DNA of 55,400 nt from Chiloscyllium plagiosum (Eukaryota): contig NC_057720.1 in NCBI RefSeq assembly GCF_004010195.1, forward strand, positions 12,204,470 through 12,259,869, in the 5' to 3' direction. This document shows positions 24,019-36,554 of the stretch, one piece after another (within the stretch, counting starts at the first letter, position 1; every line of letters starts with the position of its first letter). Below the pieces are notes generated by a model, which saw nothing but the letters and a program-made list of their open reading frames with translations, was not told where the DNA came from and did no database searches. The position numbers and the translations under genes are program-made.

Positions 24019-26849
24019 CAAAAGATCCACCAATGTTCTAACTTCTGCCACTGTTACTTAGACAGGCCCTACTATAAACAAAGGAGAACTGGTGGAAGTA
24101 ACAACCACAAACAACCACACCTTGTAACCCATTTGAAAGAGAGGACACATACCACAAGACACCAACAGTGACCATCAGGCCAATATGAATGAGAGCAGCA
24201 ATATATATTTGAATTTCACACAGAGGCACCTACTTTCAGGACAAATAAGTACAAATTAAAGAATTTTTTGGGGGGTTTATCACTTTGAAAGCACGGCCAC
24301 TTTAAAAAGGTACCGACAGTCAGTCAGCAACTGAAATGCAGTTACCAATAGAGTGCTGAGTGTCAGTGTAGAAGCAGGAAAAAACCAAACTCTCATCAAG
24401 AGGTTGGTAAGAGATGCAGGAGGAAGAATGTGGCCTAGAAAAAGAAAGAATCAAAACAGTTACACTGAGAAAGAAAACAGAGGCCTTAGTGAAGGAGGTT
24501 CTTGAGCATCAAGAGAATGGTTTGTAAGTTAAATATTCCATGGGAAAAGGGGAGAACTTTGCAAAAGAAATGGTGCAAAGACCAGAACTAGAAAGCAAGG
24601 TAGTGTAAACAATCCTCAAGAATTTAGCACAGAGTTTAAAAGGACTGACCAAGAAATACTGTACAGATTCTACCAAGGTCAATAGTAGTTGAATTTACAT
24701 CATCACTAATGAATTCAGGAATACAAGTTTTCAGTTTTGAAATGATACACATTTGTAACAACTTTACTGTAATAGGCACATGGAATGAAAGGAGAACTGA
24801 GTCACTGGTATGGAATAACAAAGCCTCACAGGAACAAGCAATGCCCAGCATGAAAAAAATAATGCTGCATCTATTGGTCCAGGAACACAGAAGCTTCACT
24901 GTTGTTGAAAGCCCCTTGTTGTCAAAGCTATTTTTCTTGCCCTCGTCAGAACAATTCATGAGAATATCAGTTGAAGGGGAAACAATTAAACACTGAAACA
25001 ATGCAATATGTCCACATGTTCTTTCTGCCTGCAAACAACGAGACTCTCTGCCTTAATATATATAAAAGCCATATTTGTCCAAAGTGGAAATAGTTTCAGG
25101 GCCACAGGGAAAAGGGCACACTAGACCCTTCTACAAGAGCCAGCATAAATAAAATGGGCCAAATGGTTTCCCGCTGTTTTGTCATAATTCTATGACATGT
25201 GACTTCTGCCCCTCAATCAGGAGGAAGTCCCGCCTCAGAGCTCTGTCCGACCAATCTGTTTGATCCATAGTTCACCAGTCCCAGGCGTGTCAAAAACTTC
25301 ATTAGACAGATCTAGGGCACAATGTGGTACCCAGAGTTCAGCTCCTGGGAGTTTCAGGAGAGGGTGGAGGCTGAGGACCACACGATAGAGCAGAGGGGGA
25401 ATGCAATTGGGAATGGGAATGTTCAGGCACAGCCCACTGGTGCAGGGGAAGCTCCTGCAAGTTTCAGACTTTTTGGGTGGTGCCCAATGTTTAAAAAGAG
25501 GCATAATTTCCCTCATGAAGAACTGAACTTCTTCAGGCTCCTTTCGTCCTCCCATCAGCCTCTGAATTGAGGCTGAGCCAGAAACTGGCTCTTCGGTGGT
25601 CATAGATTGGCTACTTAAGACCTCAGCTGGGAAGGTGAAATAGCCTAGGCCTCACACATCCCACCATAACGTTGGGGAGAGGTCACGAGCAATTGGGAGC
25701 CAGATGTGAAGGAAGACCGTTTGAGGAACTTTACAAACCAATCCCTTTCTGCAAGTCTACTGGAACATAACATTCTGCTTTCAAGGGCCTTCAATTGATC
25801 TTGAAACTCAAAGGCTTCTAAGAGGATGAAATACTACCAGGTGAGCCATGGCCATGGGACATAGTGCAGGTATGATGGGTTGATTGGCCCCGTTCTGTGC
25901 CATAACAATCCTGGGATGTAAAGTCAGAAGACAAGACCAGAACAGGCAGCACAAGATGATGGCCTCCTGGAATCTCAATGGTGTACCCAGCTGTTATACC
26001 ATCACCCTCAGGATTTCCCCACACCTGGTGTAAGGTAAACAGCTGCCAAAAGTTTCAGGGCGTCAGACTTTGTTAAATCACACTGCAGGGGGCCTACAGA
26101 AGGGGAATTGCAACTGTCTCCACCGTAACAAGTACCGTCAGTGAATAATCAAGTTCTGCTTGGCTTAGGTTTGGGCAGTGCAGTCACATCTGGGTTTGAT
26201 TAATACAAATAAGCAGTGCCTCTCCATAACAGGAATCCCACCTAGAATCAGGAGCATTATGAAAGTTAAATAGATTAGATTCCTCAAAATAACATCTCTC
26301 GCAAATATTCTTCTGCCCTCACAGATATCAATGTTGCCAATTGTCTCAAATTGTTCCTTATAAATAGGGTATAGCTATGCTAGTGGATGAATAATTTAGA
26401 TAGGGTGATTTACAATCGCCCTGTGGGTGTCTGAGGTGTTTGAAAAATTCACATAAAAATACCTGGACATTATAAGGCTGTTGGATTGTTGTAAAATTAG
26501 TCCAACACCTCCACAAATGACCTGGAGGGCAAGAAATCTGCCATCCTAACCTGATCTGTCCTACATGTGAGTTCTGTTCTGATGAACTACTTGGCAAGGC
26601 ACTTCACCATCTCCATGAACTGCAACAGTTCAAAAAGGACAATTCGGGATGGTCAATAAATGTCAGTCAAGGCGACATCCTGAAGATGAATTTTAAACAT
26701 GTCACTTCAATACTTTGCTGTGAAGCATTTTGCGATGTCATGTGCACTTATGTAATTACAAATATAGCTAACTAAAAAATGTTAATACAGCAAATATTAC
26801 GTAGGCGATTAGGGTTAATTAGTTAATTAATTCACTGATCTTTGCTGGT

Positions 26850-27690
26850 TATTGCACAATGTTCAACATTGTTTGTGATTCCTCAGATACTGAAGCAGTC
26901 CACGTCCACATGCAGTAAGACCTGGACAAAATCCAGGCTTGGACTGATAAATGGCAAGTGACATCCTCAGCACACATGTTCCAGGCAGTTCCGACCTTCA
27001 ACAAGAAAGAATCTAACCATTGCCCCTGATGTATGATGGCATTACCATTGCTGAAACCTTCCACTGTCAACATCCTGGAGGCTACCATTGACCAGCAACT
27101 GAATTGGACCTGTTCCGTAAATGCATTGGCTACAAGAGTGGATCAAAGGCTAGGAATCCTGTAGTAAGTAACTTACCTCCTGACTCCCCAGAGTCTGTCC
27201 ACTATCTACAGAGCACAAGTAAGGAGTGTGATAGAATACCCACCACTTTTCCCTGGATGAATGCAACACCAAAAACACTCGGGAAGCTCAGCACCATCCC
27301 AGGTCCACTGCTAATCCCGTTGATAAGCATCACATCCACCACTTTCAACATGCATTCACTCAACTAACACACATTGGAGCAGTGTTTACCATCAACAAGA
27401 TGTGAGCAAATGTCCTTCAACAGCACTTTCCAAATCCTTAACCTCTACCATCTAGAAGGAGATGGGCAGCAGATACACAGGAACACCACCTCCGAGCCAC
27501 ATACTATTCTGACTTGGAAACATCATTCCTTCAGGATCGCTGGGTCAAAATCTGGAATTCCCTTCCTAAGAGCACACTAAGTGTCCCCTAAACTCCAAGG
27601 ACTGTTGTGTTTTAAGAAGGTGGCTCTCCCACACCTTTTGCAGTTAGAGATGGGCAATAAATGCTGACATAGCCAGAAGCACACAAGTTA
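26850..27690 (+). mobile_element. L2/CR1-group LINE 3' fragment
   Basis: DLDKIQAWTDKWQVT..; ends in gatgggcaataaatgctg. Confidence 0.8.
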
Positions 27691-27965
27691 CATATATGAA
27701 TTAATTTTAAACATTGACTGGGTAGGTCTAAAGGGGGAATGGGTGGGACTGGTATGTGGAAGGAGCAGTAAGACTGAGTCGTTAAAAAATTCTATCCATA
27801 ATGAACGGTGTCTTTGATTTTTATTTCACTGTCTGATTTGGATCCAAATTGGCAAAAGACACTGATGGGGCTGTGTGGACTGAAATTGTGGTTATGTAGA
27901 ATTCCATACTTCCACACTTGTGAACAGATGTGGGTGAATGTTATTCTTGTGTTAATAATCTAGAA

Positions 27966-28177
27966 TCGAAAAGTATGGTGCTGGAAAAACACAGCCAGTC
28001 AGGCAGCACCTGAGGAGCAGGATAGTTGACATTTTGAGGAGCTCTTCATTCCTGATGAAGAGCTTATGCTCAAAATGTCGACCCTCCTGCTCCTCAGATG
28101 CTGCCTGATCTGCTGTGCTTTTCCAGCACCACACTCTTCGACTCTGATCTCCAGCATCTACAGTCCTCACTTCCTCC
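27966..28177. mobile_element. Palindromic family-A PLE insertion with TSD
   Basis: Head-to-head terminal repeats centred at about 28050, with a CTGATGA-A-GAGC-TTAT-GCTC core. TSD ttaataatctagaa (27952-27965) / ttagtaatctagaa (28178-28191). Confidence 0.85.
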
Positions 28178-28859
28178 TTAGTAATCTAGAAGTTAGGAAG
28201 TGATGTTCATGGGATAGCAGATGAATATTTGTTCCTGGTACCACACTTTCTTGACCACCATATCCTTGCTATCACTAAGATTGCTGAATTGTTGAATATA
28301 GCCTGTCCCCACCCCTGTTCTAGCTCTTCTCCCACTGCAACCTTTATTCTTGCCTTTGCTACTTCCAGACTTGCCTTTCCAATGTACTCCTGACCAGCCT
28401 TCCAAATTCCAGCCTTCAACTCAAGTTTCAACTCAACCCTCTTATTACCCACAAGCAGACTAACACCAACTCTAGTTCACCCATCACCCTCCCTTCCCCA
28501 ATCCCATGTCCACTGAACTACTTTGGCTCCCATTCCAGCAACACCTTGGTTTAAAAATCCTTGTGTTTCAGTTCCTCCACTGGGTCACCCCTGTCCTATC
28601 TCTACAACGTCCTTCAACTCTACCATTGTGTAGTCCTCCAATTCTGGTCTCTTTCACATCTCCAACCCTCCACTATCAGCGCTAATGCCCTTCAGCTGCC
28701 AATTCTAATATCTTGCTGGCGGATTTTGCATTATTACACACGCATGAAGTGGGTTTAAGCATTTTAGCATTTACTGAATATTGCTATTACTGAATAAATT
28801 GACATTTTTTTGTTGTTTTGTAATTGCCATTTTAGAAAAAAGTTGAATGAAACTTATAA

Positions 28860-29050
28860 CTCTCTGGTGAATTCTCCACGGCAACACTTCAGTGTCGATT
28901 TGTCAAAAAATCAGCACCATTTTTGCTTGTAGCATAAATTGTTGTTCCCTTTGAAACTTGGCATTCTTGCATCTGTCCTGATGAGTGTGAGATGAAAAGT
29001 TCAGACAGTATGCCTTCTTCTTCAATCAAAATTCAAGTTCTGCACTTCCA
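28860..29050 (+). mobile_element. Family-C PLE terminal repeat with hammerhead motif
   Basis: ctgtc-CTGATGA-gtgtgagat-GAAA-agttca-gacag (28973-29008), giving a 5-bp stem I. Confidence 0.65.
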
Positions 29051-29099
29051 AAAGGCAGGTTGCTATTTTGTTTATGTATATGAACACTATCTAAGTTGG

Positions 29100-29370
29100 A
29101 TATTCTGAAATAACACGCATATTGCAAACAAACTTTAAGTACATATTAATCAATCCAAACTTGCATCCCCATTCTAAGTGATAAAGACTGAACAGCAATG
29201 CAGGCTTGTTCCATATATCAGATCAGTTTTAGGACACTTTGATCTTTTATGATAAATTCTGTGTCCTATGATGCTGCCCCATTAACTTCTTGATGAAGGA
29301 AGCAGTGCTCCAAAAGCTTGTACTTTCAAATAAACCTGTTGGACGATAACCTGGTGTTGTGTGATTTTTA
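29100..29370 (+). mobile_element. Family-B PLE terminal repeat (longer, decayed)
   Basis: ttgatgaaggaagcagtgctccaaaagcttg...aataaacctgttggacgataacctggtgttgtgtgattttta. Confidence 0.7.
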
Positions 29371-29749
29371 TCTACCGTAGTCTAGAAATAGTTAATATTG
29401 ATACTGATGGGTCAGCACATTAATGTGTTGCTATGACATTTCACCTCATGCTATTTTAACACAGATTTTGAAAACGTCTTTCATGAATGTGGGCATCACT
29501 GGCATGGCCAGCATTTATTTCCCATCCCTAAATGGCCTTTGAGGAGTTGAACCATTTTAGATAGCCTGATTTTCTATTGACACGTAGAATTGAACAATCT
29601 GTACAATTGTGACTCCATGTTCAGAGTTCTGTTGGGTACTTGTGTGCACCTTAAACATTAAAGTATAGTACCTGCTCGGTCACTTCTGAATTTTATACCC
29701 ATTGGGCATGCAGTTCATTCACACTTTTGCAGATTACCCCAGCAAATTA

Positions 29750-30710
29750 AGAGCATAAAGATTCCTAGCCAATAAAGATTTGCCTTCTGCCAATCTCATA
29801 GTCATATTATGTAATGATAATGGGGTTGTTGATTAAATTTAGCAATCAATCTCTATCAATTAGTCCACATAGATCCAGACATGGCACAAGGAGCAGCTCA
29901 ATCATGGAGAAGATGGCACTGTTGTCCTTCGAGAGGAGTTGAATGGAGATTTGATTGAGATATTCCAAATCATGTGGGATCTGGATAAAGGAGTTGAAAC
30001 ATTTCCACCAATTGAAAGATGAAAAACAAATGGAACAGGCCTGAACAATGCCCATCTACTATAGAAACATTTGAACAACAGGTAAAGCTGTCTCATGCTG
30101 CTACTTGGCAAAAAACCCACAAGTGTTTTCTTCAAGTCAAAAAAAATGCTTTGTCGACCTAACTAGTGACTGAAATGGTCCTTGAGTTTCAGTACTGGTG
30201 TGTTGACAGATATGGAAACCAATGGCCAGCAGACCATATGCAACAACATGCCATTTGACCATTCTCAGCAGGAAGCATGCTAATGGCGTTCAACCAGCCT
30301 ATGTTTGCAAACCTCAGAACAGGAAGTCTACTATTGAATGTGATTCTGTCACTGGACACCACTTATTAACTAATCTGGGCTCTACTATGAATTAGAAGGA
30401 AACCACATTGTGAATCATGTTCGGGTTTGCAATGGAATGCATTTATATGGGCTAGAAGCTTCATATACTAACACACAGAGACTATGAAAACTGCCAATTT
30501 CTGCTGCATTTTCATTGCAACATCCTGGCCAATCACCATCAAGCTGTTTGGTCTGTGAATTAAAATTGAGTTAACTACCAGTCAGAACTCCCTTCCTGTG
30601 CTATATAACTGCTGTCTTTTTTTCAAGTCTGTCGATATAGTCCTGTTGAGTACAAGAACAAGCTTTGACTTCTTGTCTCCTTTTGGCAGCACTTAAGTTC
30701 TGCACCATCA
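29750..30710 (+). mobile_element. Ancient family-C Penelope-like element (decayed GIY-YIG plus terminal repeat)
   Basis: VLEFQYWCVDRYG..ADHMQQHA, CDSVTGHHLLTN, LEASYTNTQ; decayed hammerhead agtcctgttgagtacaagaacaagctttgact at 30639-30670. Confidence 0.6.
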
Positions 30711-30851
30711 AAAATATTTTTTAATAAAAAGTCTTAGGAGACATGGGAAGAAACATTTTTCATTCAGCGAGCACTTGGAATGTACAACCTGAGACTGTGG
30801 TGCAGATCTGGTGAAATTGAGGCATTCACTGGAGTGTTGGTTAATTGGACA

Positions 30852-31180
30852 GCCCCGTGGCTCAGTGGTTAGCACTGCTGTCTCACTGCTGGGTTCACTT
30901 CCAGCCTCAGGTGACTGTCTGCGTGGAGCTTGCACATTGTCCCCGTGTCTGTGTGGGTTTCCTCTGTGTGCTCAAGTTTCCTCCCACAGTCCAAAGATGT
31001 GCAGGTTAGATGGATTCGTCACATTAAATTGCCAATAGTGTCCAGGCATGTCTAGGTTAAGTGGATTAGCCATGGGAAGTGTGAGGTTACAAAGACAGGG
31101 TGGGTCTGGGGTGTTCTTTGGAGAGCAGGTGTGGAGTTGTTGGGCTAAGTAGTCTGTTTTCACACTAGGGATTTTATTCA
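30852..31180 (+). mobile_element. HE1-type SINE
   Basis: gtggctcagtggttagcactgctgtctcac... central V-like domain and tail. Confidence 0.85.
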
Positions 31181-31241
31181 ATTACCTGAAGATGAACAAG
31201 ATGCAGGGCTAAGGGCTGGAGGGAGAAGAGTGGATGAAAGT

Positions 31242-31684
31242 GTAGTTGCAGGTAGATAGGATAGTGAAGAAGACGTTTGGTATGCTTTCCTTTATTGGTC
31301 AGAGTATTGAGTACAGCGTTGGGAGGTCATGTTGCAGCTGTACAGGACATTGGTTAGGCCACTGTTGGAATATTGCCTGCAGTTCTGGTCTCCTTCCTAT
31401 CGGAATGATGTTATGAAACTTGAAAGGGTTCAGAAAAGATTTACAAGGATGTTGCCAGGGTTGGAGGATCTGAGTTATAGGNNNNNNNNNNNNNNNNNNN
31501 NNNNNNNNNNNNNNNNNNNNNNNNNNNNNNNNNNNNNNNNNNTGGATGGGTATATGAATAGGAAGGGTTTGGAGGGATATGGGCTGGGTGCTGGCAGGTG
31601 GGACTAGATTAGGTTGGGATATCTGGTCAGCATGGACGGGTTGGACTGAAGGGTCTGTTTCTGTGCTTTACATCTCTATGACTC
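31242..31684 (+). mobile_element. CR1 LINE 3' part spanning the gap at 31482-31542
   Basis: MLQLYRTLVRPLLEYCLQFWSPSYRNDVMKLERVQKRFTRMLPGL. Confidence 0.95.
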
Positions 31685-32534
31685 AACAACTGCTTCTTCA
31701 GACAATGGACTGAATGGCCACCTTCTGTGCTTTAACAATTCTCCAAATGATCGCTTTCTCCCAATCACCTGATATTCAACATGTGCCATGTTTCAACTCA
31801 TTCACTGATGGGGTAACTTTGACATTGAATGATAGCGTAAGCTGAAATTATCGGTCTGGTCACCTTAAACATCTCTCCAGACGTCAATTTTCATTGACTG
31901 CTAGAGAATAAAAAATCATGAGAGGCACTTAAAGGGCTACTGAGCTAATATCACCCATTTTATAATCTCTGCCAAAGGAAAAACTTTCCACTGTGCTGCA
32001 TTAACATCTGCGAGACATTTACCTTAAATTGAGATACAATCAACTGAACCATATCAATTTCTTGCGGCTCTGCTTAACTGTTGGTCATTGACCCATCTAA
32101 AGTACATAGCCCCATCACGCAACACTTAGCAATTGTGTGATAAATCCTCTGCTATTATATGGAGCCACTACTAAGCTGTAGACAGATCTTAGTCTACCAT
32201 TATAGAGTCTTATTGTACAAAAAAAAAGGCCATTCAGTCCATCAATTCTCAGGAAAAGTCATGATTCAGTCCTGCTCCCATTGCTCTTTCCCATAGCCAC
32301 TTGAACGTTTTCTTTTTTAAGTATTTACCCAATTACATTTTGGAAATTACCACTGAATCAACTTCCACCAATTTCAGGCAGCTTACCGCAAATAATAATA
32401 CCACAAGTAGTGACGGGTATCTTATAATCCATTCGAGGTTTCAGAACTTCTGTTAAAACATACACTTTTACATGCATGCCTCAGTCCAGAGCTATCAGGG
32501 ATGCTCCCATATTCCTTCCATCATACTTGTTTTC

Positions 32535-32758
32535 GAGAGTACGGTGCTGGAAGAGCACAGCAGGTCAGGCAGTATCTGAGGAGCAGGAGAACTGTCATTT
32601 TGGGCATAAGCCCTTCATCAGGAGTGAGACTTCTTTCTTGATGAAGGGCTTATGCCCGAAACGTCGATTCTCCTGCTCCTTGGATGCTGCCTGACCTGCT
32701 GTGCTTTTCCAACACCAACTCTTGACTCTGATTTCCAGCATCTGCAGTGCTCACTTTT
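32535..32758. mobile_element. Palindromic family-A PLE insertion
   Basis: Head-to-head repeats around about 32630, with cores gggcataagcccttcatcagg / ttgatgaagggcttatgcccgaaacgtc. Flanking atcatact duplicated at 32520-32527 and 32759-32766. Confidence 0.85.
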
Positions 32759-32767
32759 ATCATACTC

Positions 32768-33071
32768 AGATTAGATTAGATTAGCCCTTCGGCCCAACAA
32801 GTCCACACCGACCCGCCGCAGTGCAACCCACCCAGACCCATTCCCCTACATTTACCCCTTCACCTAACACTATGGGCAATTTAGCATGGCCAATTCACCT
32901 GACCTGCACATCTTTAGACTGTGGGAGGAAATCGGAGCACCCGGAGGAAACGCACACAGAAACGGGGAGAATGTGCAAACTCCACACAGTCAGTTGTCTG
33001 AGGCGGGAATTGAACCCTGGTCTCTGGCACTGTGAGGCAGCAGTGCTAACTGCTGTGCCACCATGCCGCCC
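32768..33071 (-). mobile_element. HE1-type SINE (young)
   Basis: (GATTA)n tail and tRNA head; highly similar to 43070-43390. Confidence 0.9.
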
Positions 33072-33077
33072 ACTAGT

Positions 33078-33680
33078 TTGTCATGTTGAGGTTGTACCGG
33101 ACATTGGTGAGGCCTCTTTTGAAGTGCTGTGTCCAGTTCTGGTCACCCTGATATGGGAAGGATATCATTAAACCAGAGAGGGTTTGGAAAGGATTTACCA
33201 GGATGTTGACAGGAATGGAGGATTTGAGTTATAAGGAGAGGCTGGATAGGCTGGGACCTTTTTCACTGGATCGTAGAAGGTTGAGAGGTCCCCTTATAGA
33301 GGTTTATAAAATCATGGGGGGTATAGATAAGGTGACTTTCAGGTGTCCTTTCCCTAGAGTGGGGGATTTCAAGACTATTTCAAGGCATATTTTGAAGGTG
33401 AGAGGAGAGAGGTTTAAAAAGGATGCAAGGGGTAACTTTTTTACGCAGAGACTGGTTCAAGTGTGGAATGAACTTCCAGAGGAAGTGATGGATGCGGGTA
33501 CAGTTAGAACATTTAAAAGACATTTGAACAAGTTCCTGCATAAGAATTGTTTGGAGCGATATGGGCCAAGTGTAGGCAGATTGGACTGGCTTGTTTGGGA
33601 ATATGGTCAGTGTGGACTGGTTGCACCAAAGGGTCTGTTTCTGTGCTATGTAAGCACAGTGTATGACTCTATGACTCTAT
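33078..33680 (+). mobile_element. CR1 LINE 3' end
   Basis: ORF 33203-33688: LSYKERLDRLGPFSLDRRRLRG.LIEVYKIM..WNELPEEV. Confidence 0.9.
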
Positions 33681-33826
33681 ACAACTGACCAGGAACTTCT
33701 CCTGCCATCACTGATTGCTCTTGGTGCATGTCGGAAGGATTTGCAGGTCGACATTCAAGCTGTTTGTCTAGGTGACTGTCAGGTTTTTGAGTGTAATTCC
33801 AACGGGAGCATCTGGCTCAGAAGCAG

Positions 33827-35410
33827 GCCCTTGAAGAAAGAAACAGGGGAATATATTACGGGGAACAAAGAAATGGCAGAAGAATTGAATTGGTACTTCA
33901 GATCTGTGTTCACTGGGGAAGACACAAGCAATCTCCCTGAGGTAACAGTGGCTGAAGGACCTGAACTGAAGGGAAATTACATTTGCCAGGAATTGGTGTT
34001 GGAGAGACTGTTAGGTCTGAAGGTTGATAAGTCCCCAGGACCTGATGGTCTATATCCCAGGGTACTGAAGGAGGTGGCTCGAGAAATCGTGGATGCGTTG
34101 GTGATTATTTTCCAGAGTTCGATAGATCCAGGATCAGTTCCTGCGGATTGGAGGGTGGCTAATGTTATACCACTTATTAAGAAAGGTGAGAGAGAGAAAG
34201 CAGGAAATTATAGACAAGTTAGTCTGACCTCAGTGGTGGGAAAGATGCTGGAGTATATTATAAAGGATGAANNNNNNNNNNNNNNNNNNNNNNNNNNNNN
34301 NNNNNNNNNNNNNNNNNNNNNNNNNNNNNNNNNNNNNNNNNNNNNNNNNNNNNNNNNNNNNNNNNNNNNNNNNNNNNNNNNNNNNNNNNNNNNNNNNNNN
34401 NNNNNNNNNNNNNNNNNNNNNNNNNNNNNNNNNNNNNNNNNNNNNNNNNNNNNNNNNNNNNNNNNNNNNNNNNNNNNNNNNNNNNNNNNNNNNNNNNNNN
34501 NNNNNNNNNNNNNNNNNNNNNNNNNNNNNNNNNNNNNNNNNNNNNNNNNNNNNNNNNNNNNNNNNNNNNNNNNNNNNNNNNNNNNNNNNNNNNNNNNNNN
34601 NNNNNNNNNNNNNNNNNNNNNNNNNNNNNNNNNNNNNNNNNNNNNNNNNNNNNNNNNNNNNNNNNNNNNNNNNNNNNNNNNNNNNNNNNNNNNNNNNNNN
34701 NNNNNNNNNNNNNNNNNNNNNNNNNNNNNNNNNNNNNNNNNNNNNNNNNNNNNNNNNNNNNNNNNNNNNNNNNNNNNNNNNNNNNNNNNNNNNNNNNNNN
34801 NNNNNNNNNNNNNNNNNNNNNNNNNNNNNNNNNNNNNNNNNNNNNNNNNNNNNNNNNNNNNNNNNNNNNNNNNNNNNNNNNNNNNNNNNNNNNNNNNNNN
34901 NNNNNNNNNNNNNNNNNNNNNNNNNNNNNNNNNNNNNNNNNNNNNNNNNNNNNNNNNNNNNNNNNNNNNNNNNNNNNNNNNNNNNNNNNNNNNNNNNNNN
35001 NNNNNNNNNNNNNNNNNNNNNNNNNNNNNNNNNNNNNNNNNNNNNNNNNNNNNNNGGATTGGACATTCTGGAGGCAGGAAACATGTTTCCGCTGATGGGT
35101 GAGTACCGAACCTGAGGACACAGCTTAAAAATACGGGGTAGATCATTTAGGACAGAGATGAGGAGAAACTTGTTCACCCAGAGAGTGGTGGCTGTGTGGA
35201 ATGCTCTGCCCCAGAGGGCAGTGGAGGCCCAGTCTCTGGATTCATTTAAGAAAGAGTTGGATAGAACTCTCAAGGATAGTGGAATCAAGGGTTATGGAGA
35301 TAAAGCAGGAACAGGATACTGATTAAGGATGATCAGCCATGATCATATTGAATGGTAGTGCAGGCTTGAAGGGCAGAATGGCCTACTCCTGCACCTATTG
35401 TCTATTGTCA
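33827..35410 (+). mobile_element. Young CR1 LINE (ORF2 RT region to 3' end) spanning the gap at 34272-35055
   Basis: KSPGPDGLYPRVLKE..WRVANVIPLIKKG..NYRQVSLTSVVGKMLE; 3' tail (ctattgt)n. Confidence 0.95.
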
Positions 35411-35647
35411 GGGACACTACCCACTGCAAAACAAAATGACGTGCAGCTATTCACGAAAACAAAGACCAAAGTATTGCCACTAAACATCAAGCATCAGTGC
35501 CAAGTAGAAAGTATTGGAGAAACTCGGCAGGTCTGGCGACATCTGAGGCCAGAGAAATAGAGTTAACATTTCAAGTCCAGTATTCTTCTGAACAAATCTG
35601 GATTTCAGATTTCCAGCATTCATAGTATTTTGCTTTCATCTAAGCAA

Positions 35648-35995
35648 TGAAGTTTATAAAATCAAGAGGGACGTGGATAGGATAAATAGTCAAGGTCTTT
35701 TCCCCAGGAAAGAGGAGTCCAGAACTAAAGGGCATAGATTTAAGGTGAGAGGGGAAAGATTTAAAAGGGACCTAAGGGGCAACTTTATGTTGCATGTATG
35801 TATGTAATGAGCTACCAGAGGACGTGATGGAGTCTGATACAATTACAACATTTAAAAGGCATATGGATGGGTATAGGAATAGGAAAGGGTTGGAGGGAAA
35901 TGGGTCAAATGCTGGCAAATGGGATGAGATTAATTTAGAATATCTAGTCAGCATGGATGAATTGGACCGATCTGGATTACTCTATGACTCTACCA
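35648..35995 (+). mobile_element. CR1 LINE 3' end
   Basis: NELPEDVMESDTITTFKRHMDGYRNRKGLEG. Confidence 0.85.
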
Positions 35996-36554
35996 CTATC
36001 AATTATAGTGACTGACATTAATCAAATGTTTAATCAAGGGTAATACTCTGACTGAAGCAGATGCAAGCCCTATTCCTGAGCCCTGAAAACATACTACAGA
36101 CTAACAGGCCAGTACAGTGTTGACGGAATGCTGCACTGTTGAAGTGAGGTCTTTGTAGATAAAACATTCTCAGAGTAAGAGATCCCACAAATCTGCCTTG
36201 AACAAGTGTTGAGGGAAATTCTACCTGGTAACCTGTCCTCTCCAATCACCTTGAACAAAAATAGATCATCTCATCACTCCCATCTAACTGTTTATGGGAG
36301 CTTTGCTGTCAAACACAAGCTCCCGTCTTTGCTAAAAATAGTCATGTTGTCCCAGAGGGCTGTTCTCTCCCTCCTTGGAGAGAGACTGCTGGGGATAAAT
36401 TTAACCTGAGAGTCATCACACCTCAGGGGAAAGGAGGGGAGGCAAGGACTGACATAATCTTAGTCAATAGCAGGAATTGAGCCTGTGTGTTGGTGTTGCT
36501 CTACATTGAGAACTGAGTCATCCAGGAAACCAACTCCAAAGGTAAAGTTACACA

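Larger units (their letters stand above)
22049..25056 (+). mobile_element. Heavily decayed PIF/Harbinger DNA transposon (transposase relic plus Myb/SANT relic)
   Basis: Frameshifted motifs SIGEKL, AT..NSMQS.H, SELIYDT, YWKISQLRRNASGL and ACTTYSNFF occur in Harbinger-transposase order (22500-22875). Myb/SANT-like RKRKNQNSYTEKE/TEALVKEVLEHQ..RTLQKKWCKD at 24428-24600. Weak inverted ends ttaaggca / tgccttaa. Confidence 0.55.

Noticed and set aside
22049..25056. Endogenous RNA-virus element with an intergenic hairpin
   Set aside because: No viral motif recognised; both relic ORFs are co-oriented and fit Harbinger transposase plus Myb/SANT better.
26081..26096. CTCF-like motif cactgcagggggccta
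   Set aside because: Only a partial match to a short motif; unsupported without a PWM score or ChIP data.
33741..35288. Long ORFs of 280-450 aa (also 5862-6372)
   Set aside because: Artefacts of N runs; the real sequence parts are CR1 or Penelope.
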